A DNA stretch of 64,000 bases from an uncultured delta proteobacterium (GCA_963793865.1 CAWCBP010000006.1:1-64000); one strand, 5' to 3'. Numbered from the stretch's first letter, positions 40,721 to 53,271 are shown. Translations and numbers: made by a program. The notes: generated by a model from the sequence alone, not told the origin.

Positions 40721-42148
40721 TTGATGCAAGATAAATCGGCTTCATGTGCTGATGAACGGTTCAGGCCGTTTGAGGAGCGCATGCGCAGTGCCGGCATGCA
40801 TGAACTGGTCATTGAGCAGTTCCGGCGGCATTTCGTACAGCTTCTCGCCGGGGGTGCCGGTCTTATAACCCGGCGCGAGATCGATCCCCTTGATGAGGTG
40901 CCCGACCTGGAGCAGCTTGATAATTACTCCCCTGAAGGTATCAGAGCCCTGGACAAGGCGGTGGTCATCAAGCTCAACGGAGGGCTCGGCACGGGCATGG
41001 GAATGGAGCGGGCGAAATCGCTGCTGGAGGTAAAAAACAGCCTTTCATTCCTGGACATCATTGCCCGTCAGGTGCTCCATTTCCGCCGGACCTATAACTG
41101 CCGTCTTCCCCTGGTGCTCATGAACAGTGCCGTCACGCGAACCGAGTCCTGTGAATTGCTCCAGCGCTACCCCGATCTGAAGGGTCCGGTACCTTTGGAT
41201 TTTCTGCAGCATTGTATTCCCCGGATTGAGCAGGGGAGTCTTGCGCCGGTTTCCTGGCCCGCGGATTCCCGGCTGGAATGGTGTCCTCCCGGACACGGGG
41301 ATATTTATAGCGCGCTGGTAACCTCGGGCATGCTTTCACTCCTGCTGGAGGAAGGGTTTGAATATGCGTTTGTATCCAACGCGGATAACCTCGGCGCAGT
41401 GATGGACATCGGCATATTGGGTTACTGCGCGTCATCCAGGATTCCTTTCATGATGGAAGTGGCGGACCGTACCGAGGCAGACCGCAAGGGCGGACATCTG
41501 GCCCGGGCTAAAAATGGCACCCTTGTGCTGCGGGAGCTGGCACAGTGTCCTGAGGAAGAGAAGGAGATGTTTCAGGATATCAAGCTGTACAAATATTTTA
41601 ATACCAACACCCTCTGGATTAATCTGGTGTCCCTTGAGAAATTGCTTAAGGAGCACGGCTATATGCTCCCGCTGCCGCTGATTGTCAACTGCAAGACGGT
41701 TGAGTCCCGGGATGGCGCTTCACCCGGTGTGTGCCAGCTTGAGACGGCGATGGGATCGGCCATTTCGGTATTCCCCGGCGCTGCGGTCATCCGGGTGCCG
41801 AGGGTTCGCTTTGCACCGGTCAAGGCCTGCAATGATCTGCTGGGTTTGTGGTCGGATGCCTATGTTTTAACCGAGGATGCCCGGCTGGTGCAGAACCCGG
41901 AAAGAAGGTACGGGCAGATCGTCATTGAGCTTGATCCCCGTTACTACCGGCACATTGACCGGATGAAAGCCCGTTTCAGCCGGGGGGTGCCGTCGCTGGT
42001 GGCCTGTGAGGAGCTGGTGGTGGAAGGCGATGTGCTGTTCGGCGGCAATGTGGTGATGAAAGGTATTGTCCGTATCACCAATAAGAGCGGACGGCAGATG
42101 AGCATCCCTGACGGCCGGGTGCTTGAAGGACACGTCATTCTGGAGTAA
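40721..42148 (+). CDS. UTP-glucose-1-phosphate uridylyltransferase, eukaryote-type (UDPGP family)
   Basis: 'KLNGGLGTGMG..AKS', 'WCPPGHGD', 'SNADNLGA', 'RFAPVK'; C-terminal beta-helix-like segment. Confidence 0.9.
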   Translation: MMQDKSASCADERFRPFEERMRSAGMHELVIEQFRRHFVQLLAGGAGLITRREIDPLDEVPDLEQLDNYSPEGIRALDKAVVIKLNGGLGTGMGMERAKSLLEVKNSLSFLDIIARQVLHFRRTYNCRLPLVLMNSAVTRTESCELLQRYPDLKGPVPLDFLQHCIPRIEQGSLAPVSWPADSRLEWCPPGHGDIYSALVTSGMLSLLLEEGFEYAFVSNADNLGAVMDIGILGYCASSRIPFMMEVADRTEADRKGGHLARAKNGTLVLRELAQCPEEEKEMFQDIKLYKYFNTNTLWINLVSLEKLLKEHGYMLPLPLIVNCKTVESRDGASPGVCQLETAMGSAISVFPGAAVIRVPRVRFAPVKACNDLLGLWSDAYVLTEDARLVQNPERRYGQIVIELDPRYYRHIDRMKARFSRGVPSLVACEELVVEGDVLFGGNVVMKGIVRITNKSGRQMSIPDGRVLEGHVILE

Positions 42149-42579
42149 CCGTGAGGGGCTGGCGGGCGACGCTCCGTCGCGGCCGCAGATGATGCTATAA
42201 ACGCAATGCTGCGTGTTCCTCGACATATGTAATAATATGTCGACTTTCCGAACGCCGTTTGCTTCATTGATTTTGTTTTTTTGCATGTTTTTTTCTTGAC
42301 TCGGATTCCTCTTTACCGTATATCATGTACTCAATTTCCCCGGCACTAACCAGCAGCATCATCACACCGGTTGTACCGAAACTGCTTTCCAAAAGAGGGC
42401 GCAGCAGAACATCCACACCATAAAGCCTGCTCAGCAACTATCCTATACGCGATCGTCTGTACGGTGGATGAACAGCGGCACTTCGGGCTGCTCATTATAT
42501 TAAGACCGCCGGGAATGCCCGGCTTATTTATATATTATTACCAACCTAACAGCATATTTTTAAATGAGGAGAAGGTGTT

Positions 42580-45056
42580 ATGAGACAAAAAAGTGTAAAG
42601 TGGTTGCAAACGATGCTCATGGCGGCCGCCTATCTGCTCGGCCCGCTGGTTGCATGGGCGAGCGAGGCGGATCTTGCCATACCTGACCTGCACAAGGGCG
42701 CCCCCTATACCCTGCTGGGCGGCATCAAGCCGTGGGATCTGCTGTTCTACGGCGCGTGCATCATTGCCGGTACGCTCGGTATCAGTTTGTACCTGCGCAC
42801 CCAGATTAAAAAACTAAGGGCCCATGATTCAATGCTCAAGGTATCTGAAATCATCTACCAGACCTGCCGTACCTACCTCATTCAGCAGGGTAAATTTCTG
42901 GTCATGCTCTTTCTCTTCATTGCCGTCTCCATGGCCTTCTATTTTCTGGCTCTGAAGGGAGAGGGAGTTCCCACCCTGCTGCTGGTACTGCTGTTCTCGG
43001 TGGTCGGCATGGGCGGATCTTACACCGTTGCCTGGTATGGCATCCGGGTCAATACCTATGCCAATTCCCGCACTGCCTTCGCGTCACTTGCCGGGCAACC
43101 CTGGGACGTGGTGAACATTCCCCTGCGGGCGGGCATGAGCGTGGGACTTTTCCTTATATCCCTTGAGCTGGTGATGATGGTCATTATCCTGCTCTGGGTG
43201 CCGCGGGATATCGTGGGCTACTGCTTTCTCGGATTTGCCATCGGTGAGTCGCTGGGGGCATCGGCGCTGCGTATCGCCGGAGGCATATTCACCAAAATCG
43301 CGGATATAGGCTCCGACCTCATGAAAATCGTTTTCAATGTGAAGGAAGACGATCCCCGCAACCCCGGCGTTATCGCTGACTGTACCGGTGACAACGCGGG
43401 CGACAGTGTGGGTCCCACCGCGGATGGTTTTGAAACCTACGGGGTTACCGGCGTCGCGCTGATTACCTTCATAACCCTTGCGGTTGTAAGTACCGATAGC
43501 GGCATAAAAGAGGCCATCCAGGGAAAACTGATCGTGTGGATTTTTGCCATGCGTTTCCTGATGGACTTCTGCTCGGGGCTTGCCTATTTTGCCAATCAGG
43601 CTATTTCATCGGCCAAATACAGCGGGAAGAAAGAGATCGATTTTGAGGAGCCTCTGATGCGGCTGATCTGGATTGCAGCCACCCTGTGCATCAGCACCTC
43701 GTTTTTGATGAGCTACCTTCTGATCAGTGATCTCGTGGTTTTAAAAGACGGCGTGCCTACTGCAATGACTCACGTGTGGTGGCAGCTGGCCATGATCATC
43801 AGCTGCGGCACGCTCGCGGCGGTGCTTATCCCTGAGTTCACCAAAATATTCACCAGCGCCAAGTCCAAGCATGTTCAGGAAATTGTGACCGCGTCGCGAG
43901 AGGGCGGGGCATCACTTACTATATTATCCGGCATCGTGGCAGGCAATTTCAGCGCTTTTTACAAGGGCATCCTGATCGCCGGCCTGATGGGTATCGGTTA
44001 CTTTACCAGCCTTTATATACCGTGGGAGGTGATCAATTATCCGTCCATCTTCGCCTTCGGGCTGGTCGCCTACGGCTTTCTCTGCATGGGCCCGGTCACC
44101 ATCGCGGTGGACAGCTACGGCCCGGTCACCGACAACGCCCAGTCCATATTCGAGCTTTCACAGATCGAAAGCATTCCCGGCATCAAGGGAGAGATTCAAA
44201 GAGATTTCGGCTTCGATCCCGACTTCGAGCAAGGCAAGCATTACCTCGAGGCCAACGACTCGGCAGGGAACACCTTCAAGGCCACAGCCAAACCGGTGCT
44301 CATCGGCACCGCTGTCTGCGGGGCCACTACCATGATCTTCTCCATCATCCTGCTGCTCGCAGAGCAAGAACATGCTGCAGGTTCAGCTTACCGATGCCCC
44401 GATCATTCTCGGCTTGATTTGCGGCGGTGCCGTTATCTACTGGTTCTGCGGCGCCTCGATGCAGGCGGTTACCACCGGCGCCTACCGGGCGGTCGAGTTT
44501 ATCAAAAAGAACATGGACCTGGACAAGAAAGAGGCCGATATCGAGGATTCAAAAACGGTGGTCAAGATCTGCACCCAGTATGCCCAGACCGGCATGTGGA
44601 ACATCTTCATCGCGCTCATGTCCATCACGCTGGCCTTTGCGCTTCTTAATCCCAACTTCTTCGTGGCCTACCTGATTTCCATTGCCTGCTTTGGCCTCTT
44701 CCAGGCGATCTACATGGCCAATACCGGCGGTGCGTGGGACAATGCCAAGAAGGTTGTTGAGGTGGACCTCAGGGAGAAGGGAACTGCCCTTCATGCCGCA
44801 ACCGTCATCGGCGACACCGTGGGCGACCCCTTCAAGGACACATCATCGGTGTCCTTGAACCCCATCATCAAGTTCTCAACGCTGTTCGGCCTGCTGGCCA
44901 CCGAAATCGCCATTGAGATGTCGGTGCATGCCAGTGAAACCCAATCCACCAACTATGCCCCTTATTTTGCGGTTCCGCTCTTTATCGATCGGCCTCGTCT
45001 TCGTGTGGCGCTCCTTCTACGCGATGCGGATACCCAGGGAAGCAACAGCAAAGTAA
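42580..45056 (+). CDS. hppA: Membrane-bound ion-translocating pyrophosphatase; frameshifts near 44365 and 44985
   Basis: 'GGIFTKIADIGSDL', 'EDDPRNPGVIADCTGDNAGD', 'DSYGPVTDNA', 'GNTFKA', 'GGAWDNAKK', 'GDTVGDPFKDT'. Confidence 0.93.
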
Positions 45057-45094
45057 GTATCCATTAACAGCCCTGGTTGCAGGGTATAAAAATA

Positions 45095-45129
45095 AAAGCC
45101 CCCTCATGCGAGACCGTATGAGGGGGCTT
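45095..45129. terminator. Hairpin between convergent genes (likely terminator)
   Basis: AAGCCCCCTCATGCG-AGAC-CGTATGAGGGGGCTT. Confidence 0.75.
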
Positions 45130-45179
45130 CTGCGTTACGCAGTCAGCGTGATCAGACTGGTGATACTGCCGGGCCGTAG

Positions 45180-45361
45180 TCATGTACCCAGCACTGCGTT
45201 TATCCGCTCCAGCAGGGATTCAATCTGCTTTGCCGATTGTTTTAAAATATCCTTGAAATCATGGGTCCTGCAGTGATGTATCTGGACCCCTATGACACCG
45301 TGTTCCTTTCCAATAGTGCTTTCAGTAGTGATAAATCTTCTTTTGAGAGCTCCAGATTCAT
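45180..45361 (-). CDS. Small hypothetical protein (about 60 aa, one indel), absent from the ORF track
   Basis: AGGAGG RBS; reads MNLELSKEDLSLLKALLE.., then ..EHGVIGVQIHHCRTHDFKDILKQSAKQIESLLERINAVLGT* in a shifted frame. Confidence 0.5.
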
Positions 45362-45525
45362 AAGCCCCTCCTTTCCCTGGTTTTGCGTTGCGGTTTTTTT
45401 AACTTCAACAGGTAATAACCTTTAAGATCAGGGGACTCACAATCGGACGCCAGGCGCCTTTTAGCTGCTCACATATAGAGTATAGGTAGATAGGGAGTGG
45501 TTTGTCAACCGGAAATACGCACTTT

Positions 45526-48344
45526 TCAAACAGCGGCGGTAACCATCCTGGCCGCCCTGCTGCGGATGTAGACCTTGGTGATTTCCGCGGCAATTGGCGC
45601 AAACAGAATAAATGGAAGCATGACCAGCCAGTCGGTCAGGCCGGGGGCGACCGTGCTGGTGAAAGGTTGCAGAAAGGGAACATATGGCACTGAGCAGGAC
45701 AGCAGAGCCGAACGATGAAACAGTCGCCAGCACCATCCAGCGGTTGGAGAAATCGCCGATGGAGAAGAGGATTCCTGTTCTGAGCGGGAGGTAAAGGCCC
45801 GCAGCAGTTCGGACATGCCAGTGTGATAAAGGCCATGGTTTGGGCCGCCATCACATTGCCGGGAAAGGAGCGGGAAAAAGTGCGATTGCAGAACTACGAA
45901 AGGATGGCAATTGTCTGCCGCGGCAAGATGCTGATCTGAAACATGTTCCTGTTGATCACCGGTTCCCGGGGGGAGCGGGGCGGACGCTTCATGATCTCCG
46001 GCTCGCCCTGTTCCATTCCCAGTGCGAGCGCCGGCGCGCCATCGGTTACCAGGTTGAGTATGAGGAGCTGCATGGGCAGCAGAGGAATGGGAACCCGGAG
46101 AGCATGGAGATGAAGATGATCAGGATCTCGCCAATATTGCAGGCAGACAGGAAAAATACAAATTTGCGGATGTTGGAGTAGATGATGCGGCCCTCTTCGA
46201 CCGCCGCGACGATGCTGGTGTAATTATCATCTGTAAGCACGACGTCGGCCGTTTCCTTGGAGACATCGGTCCCGGTGATGCCCATGGCAACCCCGATGTT
46301 GGCCCGTTTGAGCGCCGGGGCGTCATTGACCCCGTCGCCGGTCATGGCCACCACATGGCCTCTCGCCTTTAACGCATCCACGATCTTGGTTTTATGCTGG
46401 GGTGAGACGCGGCAGCAGACATCCACCGTGTCCACGATCTGAGCCAGATCCTCTTCGCTCATGGCATCCAGCTCACTGCCGCTCAGCACCCGGCCTCCGG
46501 GCTCCATGATGCCGATCTCCCTGGCGATGGCCTCCGCGGTGTCCTTGTAGTCGCCGGTGACCATGATGCTCCTCAGCCCGGCGCCGTGCGCCGCTTGTAC
46601 CGCCTCTTTTACCTCGGGACGCGCGGGATCAATCATGCCCATTAACCCGACGAAGGTGAGGTCCCGCTCCACCGTTGCGGAATTACAATCCTGAGGAATT
46701 TCTTCCATGGGACGGTATGCCACCCCTAACACCCTCAGGGCCTGCCGGGCCATGTCCTGATTCACCGAAAGCACCTCCTGCTTTGCCGCTTCCGAGATGG
46801 GAACCGCGTTGCCGTCCATGACGATATGACTGCAAAGATTGAGCAGGATGTCGGGAGCCCCTTTCAGAAAAGCGACTGTCGGGGGACATGCAAAGGGGAG
46901 TTGAGCTCCCGCCGCCTGTTTTTGGTGGATGGTGGTCATCCGCTTCCGCTCCGAATCAAAGGGTATTTCCATCACGCGGGGCATCGCTTGTTCCGGTCTC
47001 ATCGCGGCTGAGGCCGGCCTTGGCCGCGGCCACGATCATGGCGCCCTCGGTGGGGTCACCGATGATCTGCCAGGACTTCTCCCCTTTCTCTTCCTTTTTC
47101 TGCGCCAGCCGGGCATCATTGCAGAGCATGGCCGAGTGCAGGAGCAGGGATGCCTGGACATCTTTATTGGGGTCCACAGGCTGCCCGTCAATGAAAAACC
47201 GGCCTGCGGGGTTGTACCCTTCTCCGGTGATTTTGAAATGGGTGCCTCCGGTCCAGGCCCGGACGACGGTCATTTCGTTTTGCGTCAGGGTGCCGGTCTT
47301 ATCGGAGCAGATCACCGTGGCGCATCCCAGGGTTTCAACTGCCGGGAGCTTGCGAATCAGGGCGTGCCGCTTGATCATGCGCTGCATCCCCAGGGCCAGG
47401 CAGATGGTGACAATGGCCGGGAGCCCCTCGGGCACGGCGGCAATGGCCAGGCTTACCGCGGTCATGAACAGCTCCACGATGTCTTTCTTTTCGCCGCTCA
47501 GGTAGGCCATGAGTCCATTTTGAAAAATAATTCCCAAATGGGTATCGCGTATCAGCCCGTACATAAATATAAAGCCGCATATGGAGAGGCAGATGATGCC
47601 CAGCACCTTGCCCAGCTGGTCCAGCTTCTGCTGAAGCGGCGTCGCTTCATCTTCATACGATTGCAGCATCTCCGCGATGAGGCCGATCTGGGTATGCATG
47701 CCGGTGGCGGTAACCAGGCCCCGGCCCCGGCCATAGGTGACCATGGTGGACATGAAGGCGGAATTTTTCCGGTCGCCAAGGGGTATCTCCTTGTCCAGGA
47801 CCGCTGATGCCTTTTTCTCCACCGGCACGGACTCCCCGGTCAGGGAGGCCTCCTCCACCTGCAGGTTCACGCTCTCGATCAGCCGCATGTCGGCGGGGAT
47901 GTAATTTCCCGCCTCGATGGTCACAACATCCCCCACAACCAGCTCCCGTGAGGGAATGGTGACCTGTTCCCCGTCACGGATCGCCTGCGCGTTGGGTGAG
48001 GCCATTTTCTTAAGCGCAGCCAGGGCTGCCTCGGCTTTCGATTCCTGGACGACCCCGACGATGGCGTTCAGCACCACGATGATCAGAATGGCAACGGCGT
48101 CAACCACCTCCCCCAGCAGCAGTGAAACCACCGCGGCAATGATGAGAACAATGACCAGAAAGTTGTTGAACTGGTTAAGGAGCAGGGCCAGAAATCCCGG
48201 GCGCGGTTTTTCCATCAGCTCGTTAGGACCGTATTTTTCCAGCCGGGCCCCGGCTTCCTCCCGGCTTAAGCCCTTTTCGAGATGGGTTTGCAGCTGCTGC
48301 GATACATCCTCAATACACAAACAATGCGTTTCCTGCGTATGCAT
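45526..48344 (-). CDS. Cation-transporting P-type ATPase (type IIA, Ca2+-like), several frameshifts
   Basis: 'TGES', 'PEGL', 'DKTGTLT', 'KGAP', 'TGDGVNDAPAL'. Confidence 0.92.
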
Positions 48345-48362
48345 GAGTACTCCCCCTTGTGA

Positions 48363-49430
48363 TTAATATGCTATGTGCTTCTGCGGCCAGCCTTCCGTGT
48401 ACACCGCCTGCCCGCCTTCCGTAATCATCAGCACCTCGATCCCCTTGATGCCGCGCACGACTTCCATCCCTTTTTCGGGCCCCAGCACGAATAATGGCGT
48501 GTCCAGCAGATCGCTGGTAGCGCCGTCGGGCGCGATAACGCTCACTGTCTGAAGGTGGGATACCGGAAGACCGTTGCGGGGATCGATGATGTGTGCCCGG
48601 CGCTTACCATTTTTAAGGTAGAAGTTTTCATAGTCGCCGGAGGTGGAAATGGAGCAGTCTTTGAGGGCTACGGCGGTCAACAGCCTGCCCGGGTCACGGG
48701 GATGCTGCACGCCCACCTGCCAGGGCGAGCCGTCCGGCCTGGCCCCCAGCGCGCATACCGTTCCGCCGGCTATGACCAGGGCGTTTTTAATGCGGCGCTT
48801 TTTCAGCAGCGCAACCGCCCTGTCAGCCACGTATCCTTTTGAAAAAGAGCCGACATCAATCCACATCCCCTGCCTTGCAAGGCGGGCCGTGCGCCTGGCC
48901 GTTCCCATCCATGACCTTCGCCGGGAAAGCTCCAGGGCATGGTAATCAACCAGCGCCCGTGCCTGCGCCAGCGAGGCGGGATCCGGATCATCGCCGTCAA
49001 GCCCCACATCATCTTTCCCGAATCCCCACAGGCGGAGCAGCGGCCCGATGGTGATATCAAGCGCCCCGCCGGTTATCTCTCCGTACTTCACGGCAAGGGC
49101 GAGCGCCTCCATGGTCTCCTCGCCGATCCTGACCGGCCCATCTCCCGCCTGCCGGTTGATGGCGGAGACTTCGCTCTGCGGATCGTAATTGTTGAGGAGG
49201 CTGTTGACGCGCTCCATCTCGGCAAAGGCCTCCTCAATGGCCTGTTCGGCGCCCGCGCCCCATGCCTTTATTTCCACCAGGGTATGGAGCATGGGCCGGG
49301 AACGGACAACCAGCTCATTCGTTTCCGCAAAAGCGGAGAGACAGCAAAGACAGCTGAGCGGAATGCTTATCAGCAGGGAGATGATTTTTTTAACCGGTAT
49401 CACCTCCGGGCGGAAAGAGGAACATTTCAT
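48363..49430 (-). CDS. apbE: FAD:protein FMN transferase
   Basis: 'SEVSAIN', 'DITIGPL', 'KGYVAD', 'STSGDYE', 'HIIDPR'. Confidence 0.92.
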   Translation of the reverse strand: MKCSSFRPEVIPVKKIISLLISIPLSCLCCLSAFAETNELVVRSRPMLHTLVEIKAWGAGAEQAIEEAFAEMERVNSLLNNYDPQSEVSAINRQAGDGPVRIGEETMEALALAVKYGEITGGALDITIGPLLRLWGFGKDDVGLDGDDPDPASLAQARALVDYHALELSRRRSWMGTARRTARLARQGMWIDVGSFSKGYVADRAVALLKKRRIKNALVIAGGTVCALGARPDGSPWQVGVQHPRDPGRLLTAVALKDCSISTSGDYENFYLKNGKRRAHIIDPRNGLPVSHLQTVSVIAPDGATSDLLDTPLFVLGPEKGMEVVRGIKGIEVLMITEGGQAVYTEGWPQKHIAY

Positions 49431-51030
49431 GTCCTGTTCTCCCATCCGGACGGCCCTCTGAAATATCGCTGGACGAGATCGTACTCCAGGGTGGGGTAGT
49501 GCTTTTTAAGCAGCGCATTCAGCAGGATGAGATTCCTTTTCTTCTCATTGAGGGTTACATCGTTCTTCAGCATAAACGACTCCGGGTTGCTGAGGAAGAG
49601 GGACGGCTTGCCCTCTTTTTTCCACCACCGTAAAGGTGGATTCGGTCAGCGTGTCCGCGAATACGCCAAAGCGGTGGAGTTTTCTCAGCAGGTTCACCAG
49701 CAGCTCAAGCACTTCCCCGATTTCCTTTTTTCCCCGGGAGGGCAGGCAGAAATGGCCGAGCGACATTTCGCCGTCCCGGGGACGGTGGAAGAGGTATCCC
49801 CCCTCGTCATGCTTCTCCCGGTTTTCCAGGAAAACAGGGGGGAGGCTGACCGGAAAACCGGCAAGGGCGAGGGTGCAGATTCCGCTCCAGATGCGGCCCG
49901 CGGAAGGGCTGCCGCCGTGGACGGAGTATCGTACCGCGTTGAAGCGGTGGCGGCCGTCATTGCAGCTGAGATCCACCGCTATCTCTTCCCTTCTCTTTTA
50001 TCTCACGGAGGGGAAGATTCCCGGCCAGCAGATCGAACCGGCTGACCACGGCCAGGATGTCATCGACATCGTACCCCTTGCGGATGAATCCGGTAAGGGT
50101 GTCCCGGCTGATCCTGTCATAGAGGGCATCGGTGTACACGCTTGTTTTTCGCCCCCTTCCGTAATCCTGCAGCAGTATGGTCCGGGTTTGCTCCTGTATG
50201 GCGCGAGAGAGGGCTCGCAACTGCGGGCTGCGCGGTTCCGCTCCCGCGTAGGATTTAAGGAAGCGCATCCGGTCGGCAAGACTTACCTCCCGGCCTACGC
50301 GATTTAATTTGGCCAGGCAGGTTATCTCCTGGTCAATGGTGAGGGAGTGCCTGAGGGTGATTTTTTCAAAATCGCTGAGGTAGAGCCTTGCTTCGCCCCG
50401 GGCGTCCCGTTCGAGGAGAAAGTTATTCAGCGCAAAGTCGGATTGATGCACACCGGCCTCATTTGCCTTGCGCGCCAGCGCCCCCAGCGCTTTGATGATG
50501 TTCCGTTTTTCGGAAACCTTGAACGCCGGCGCGCCCGGCGCACACGTGACCAGAAAAAACCGGTTGAGGTCCTGGCAGTCTTTCATCTCTTCCAGTATGA
50601 CAAAGCTTTCCATCACCATGCCCCGCCGCTTCCGCACCCCGATGGCGAGGGGCACCGGTGTGGGAACACCTCTTTGACTCACCCCGCATGCGGCTTCCCA
50701 TTCCCGGCGGGCCTTCGACGGCCGAAAGAGTGAGATAAAACGATCAAGGAGGCGTCTGTTTTGGTAGCGTTTGATCAGGTAGTTCCGTTCATCCGGAGGC
50801 ATCGACAGGCGGTACCGCCATATGGATTTATAGGCTCCCTGCTTGAGCAGGGTGCCGTCGGCGGCAAAGCCGGGGGAGGAAACAAGGGGCAGCAGTGTTT
50901 CCTTGAGCGGTGCGGGCATGTCGTCGCTCACCAGCCACCGGACATCGTCGAGCTCAAATGTTGTGCAGCGTTTAACCGGCATACAAGTACCTTCAGGGCA
51001 CAAAACGGTAAGGAATGTTTCTCCTGCCAA
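49427..51030 (-). CDS. LPS kinase-like protein (WaaP/InaA family), frameshifted
   Basis: 'RPSKARREW', 'GVPTPVPL', 'HQSDFALNN', 'SDFE'; the reconstructed stop overlaps the apbE ATG. Confidence 0.75.
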
Positions 51031-51120
51031 TTTTCCCGCGCATTATTTTCAGCTGTGCTGTCGAACAGTCGAAAAGCGGCCGGATGGTATCGCGAATGAT
51101 TGCGGCGGGAAAGCTGGTGA

Positions 51121-51975
51121 TTAGCTCAAAACGCTTACGAAGTAATAAAAGAGATTTTTCAGATTGACGGGCTTGAGCGAAAGCGCGTGCTTAAGATAGT
51201 TGCGCCCTTCGGCTGTTTCCCCGCGCTTGAGCAGGTGCCTGCCAATGTAATGATAGCTGCTTGCCATCCGTTCACGGTAGAGTGGCGGCGGAATGGCATC
51301 CTGCAGGTATGGCTTCTCCAGCACCCGCAACCGATAGTACCGCCCAATCAGGCCATCGGTGCTGATTCCCTGCGGGTTGTCAAGGTATACGGTGAGCGGC
51401 TCATTGATGAAACCAATGGGATAGTGCAGCGCCAGCCTGAGCCACAAATCATATTCCTGGACCTGGAACAGTGATTCGTCAAAAAGTCCGACTTTTTGAA
51501 AGCACTCTCTTTTGATCATCGCCGAGGAGGTGCGGATGAAGTTTTCCTTGAAAAGGTCATTGAGAATCCAGCCGGATTTGCCGGGCCGGTTCTGTTTGCG
51601 GAAGGCCCCATCAGGGGTGAACGATGAGCAGCGGGTTGCCACCATGCCGTAGGAGGGATTTTCCCTGAAGCAGTCAATCTGCCGCTCGAGCTTGTCGGGG
51701 CGCCAGTAATCATCCGAGTCAAGGAAAGCGACATATGTTCCCCGCGCCTCCCTGATTCCTCTATTCCGTGTTGCCGGAATGCCGCGGTTTGCCTGATAAA
51801 AGTATCTGACCTGATTCTGATAGGGTATCAGCACATCCCTGGTGTCGTCGGTTGAACCGTCGTCAACCACAATAATTTCATGATCCTTGCAGGTTTGTGC
51901 CAGCACTGAATCTATGGCAATGGTGATATGATTTCTTCGATTGAATGTGGGAATGACAACGCTGACCATGCTCAT
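51121..51975 (-). CDS. GT2 glycosyltransferase
   Basis: 'SVVIPTFNR', 'VVDDGSTD', 'FLDSDD', 'EYDLWLR'. Confidence 0.92.
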   Translation of the reverse strand: MSMVSVVIPTFNRRNHITIAIDSVLAQTCKDHEIIVVDDGSTDDTRDVLIPYQNQVRYFYQANRGIPATRNRGIREARGTYVAFLDSDDYWRPDKLERQIDCFRENPSYGMVATRCSSFTPDGAFRKQNRPGKSGWILNDLFKENFIRTSSAMIKRECFQKVGLFDESLFQVQEYDLWLRLALHYPIGFINEPLTVYLDNPQGISTDGLIGRYYRLRVLEKPYLQDAIPPPLYRERMASSYHYIGRHLLKRGETAEGRNYLKHALSLKPVNLKNLFYYFVSVLS

Positions 51976-52124
51976 CTGAGGAGGACCTTTCAGGTACAGT
52001 CAATTGGGTTATTCACTGATAATAATATTGGGAAATGCTGGCATGTCGGTTTTCAAATTTGTCCTGTTCCCCTCACTTCGTGTTACAACCTGGTCCTGTA
52101 TCGTGCATCCTGCATCCTGTCCTT

Positions 52125-53271
52125 TCACAGCACACTGTCATAGTGCTCCTCGAGCCGTGCCGCCTGCAGCTCGATGTTGAAGTTCCTCTCAATGTGGTTC
52201 CGTCCGGCACGCCCCATGGATTCCCAGAGATCGGGATAGGCGATGAGATATTCCAGCCGTTCAGCGAGCGCATCGACATCCTTCTCCGGGACCAGGAATC
52301 CGCTTGCCCCGTCAACCACCACCTCCGGTATGTCGCAGTGGAAGGTGGAGACAATGGGCATGCCGTAGGCGGACATTTCTATAAGGGCCACCGGGGCGCC
52401 GCCTTCCGTCTCCCCGTCGGAAGGGTGAATGCTGGGGGAGAGAAAAATGTGATTGTTCTGGGCCTCCCGGATGAACGCGGGATAGGGGAGGAACCCCAGG
52501 TAGTTGACCCGGGCGGCGATGTTGCGGGCCCCGATAAGTGAAAGAATCTCCTTTTTATAGTCTACTTCCCGCTGACTGCGCCCCGCGTCGCCGACAAGTG
52601 TAAGCTCGAGGTTTTTATGACGGGAGGCAACCCGGGCGAATGCCTCCAGCGCGTAAGTGATTCCTTTCTTTTCCCGAAACGTGCCCGCAACCAGGATCTT
52701 GATCTTGTGACCACCGTCCGGTTTGCGGGGGATAAAAGGTATGCTGTTCAGGTTGACCCCGAGATGCTGCACCTTCACTTTTTGCTCCGGGCAGCCCAGC
52801 TCCAGCAGGGTTTTTTTCATGTAATTTCCCTCTGCCAGCACAAGGTCGCCATCGGCAAAAAGCTGCTTCAATCTCCCTTGCCAGCGCTCCTCCCGGGGAA
52901 GCAGCGAAACATCATGGCCGTAAAATGTGGTGACCAGGGGGATGTCAAGCTTTTGCTTGAGGGGGAGATCAAAGTAGCCGCGATTCCCAAAGTGAGAGTG
53001 GATGAGGGCAGCCCCCTTCTTCCGAAGAACCCTGCCGAAAAAGGGATAGGATGATCCGGTAAGCTTAACATACTGCTGCTGCGCAAAGACGATTGAGTGG
53101 GTTAAGGTCCGAAAGGGAGTATATTTCAGCAACGGGGAAAATGTCGAGATTACTTTTTTTGTCGGTAATGACCAGGGGATGAAATCGCTTAAGGTGACTT
53201 ATCTGAGCGTAGATCCAGCTTCCCGTGCGAAACAGGTAGGATTTTATCGAATGGGCCACTACGTTGGACAT
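52125..53271 (-). CDS. GT4 glycosyltransferase (WcaL-like), frameshift near 53100
   Basis: 'HSHFG', 'TTFYGHD', 'EKKG', 'DGETEGGAPVALIE', 'HCDIPE'. Confidence 0.88.

Noticed and set aside
42580..48344. Programmed frameshifting or pseudogenisation of hppA and the P-type ATPase
   Set aside because: Breaks occur in many unrelated genes with no shared slippery motif or accumulated stops; sequencing error is simpler.
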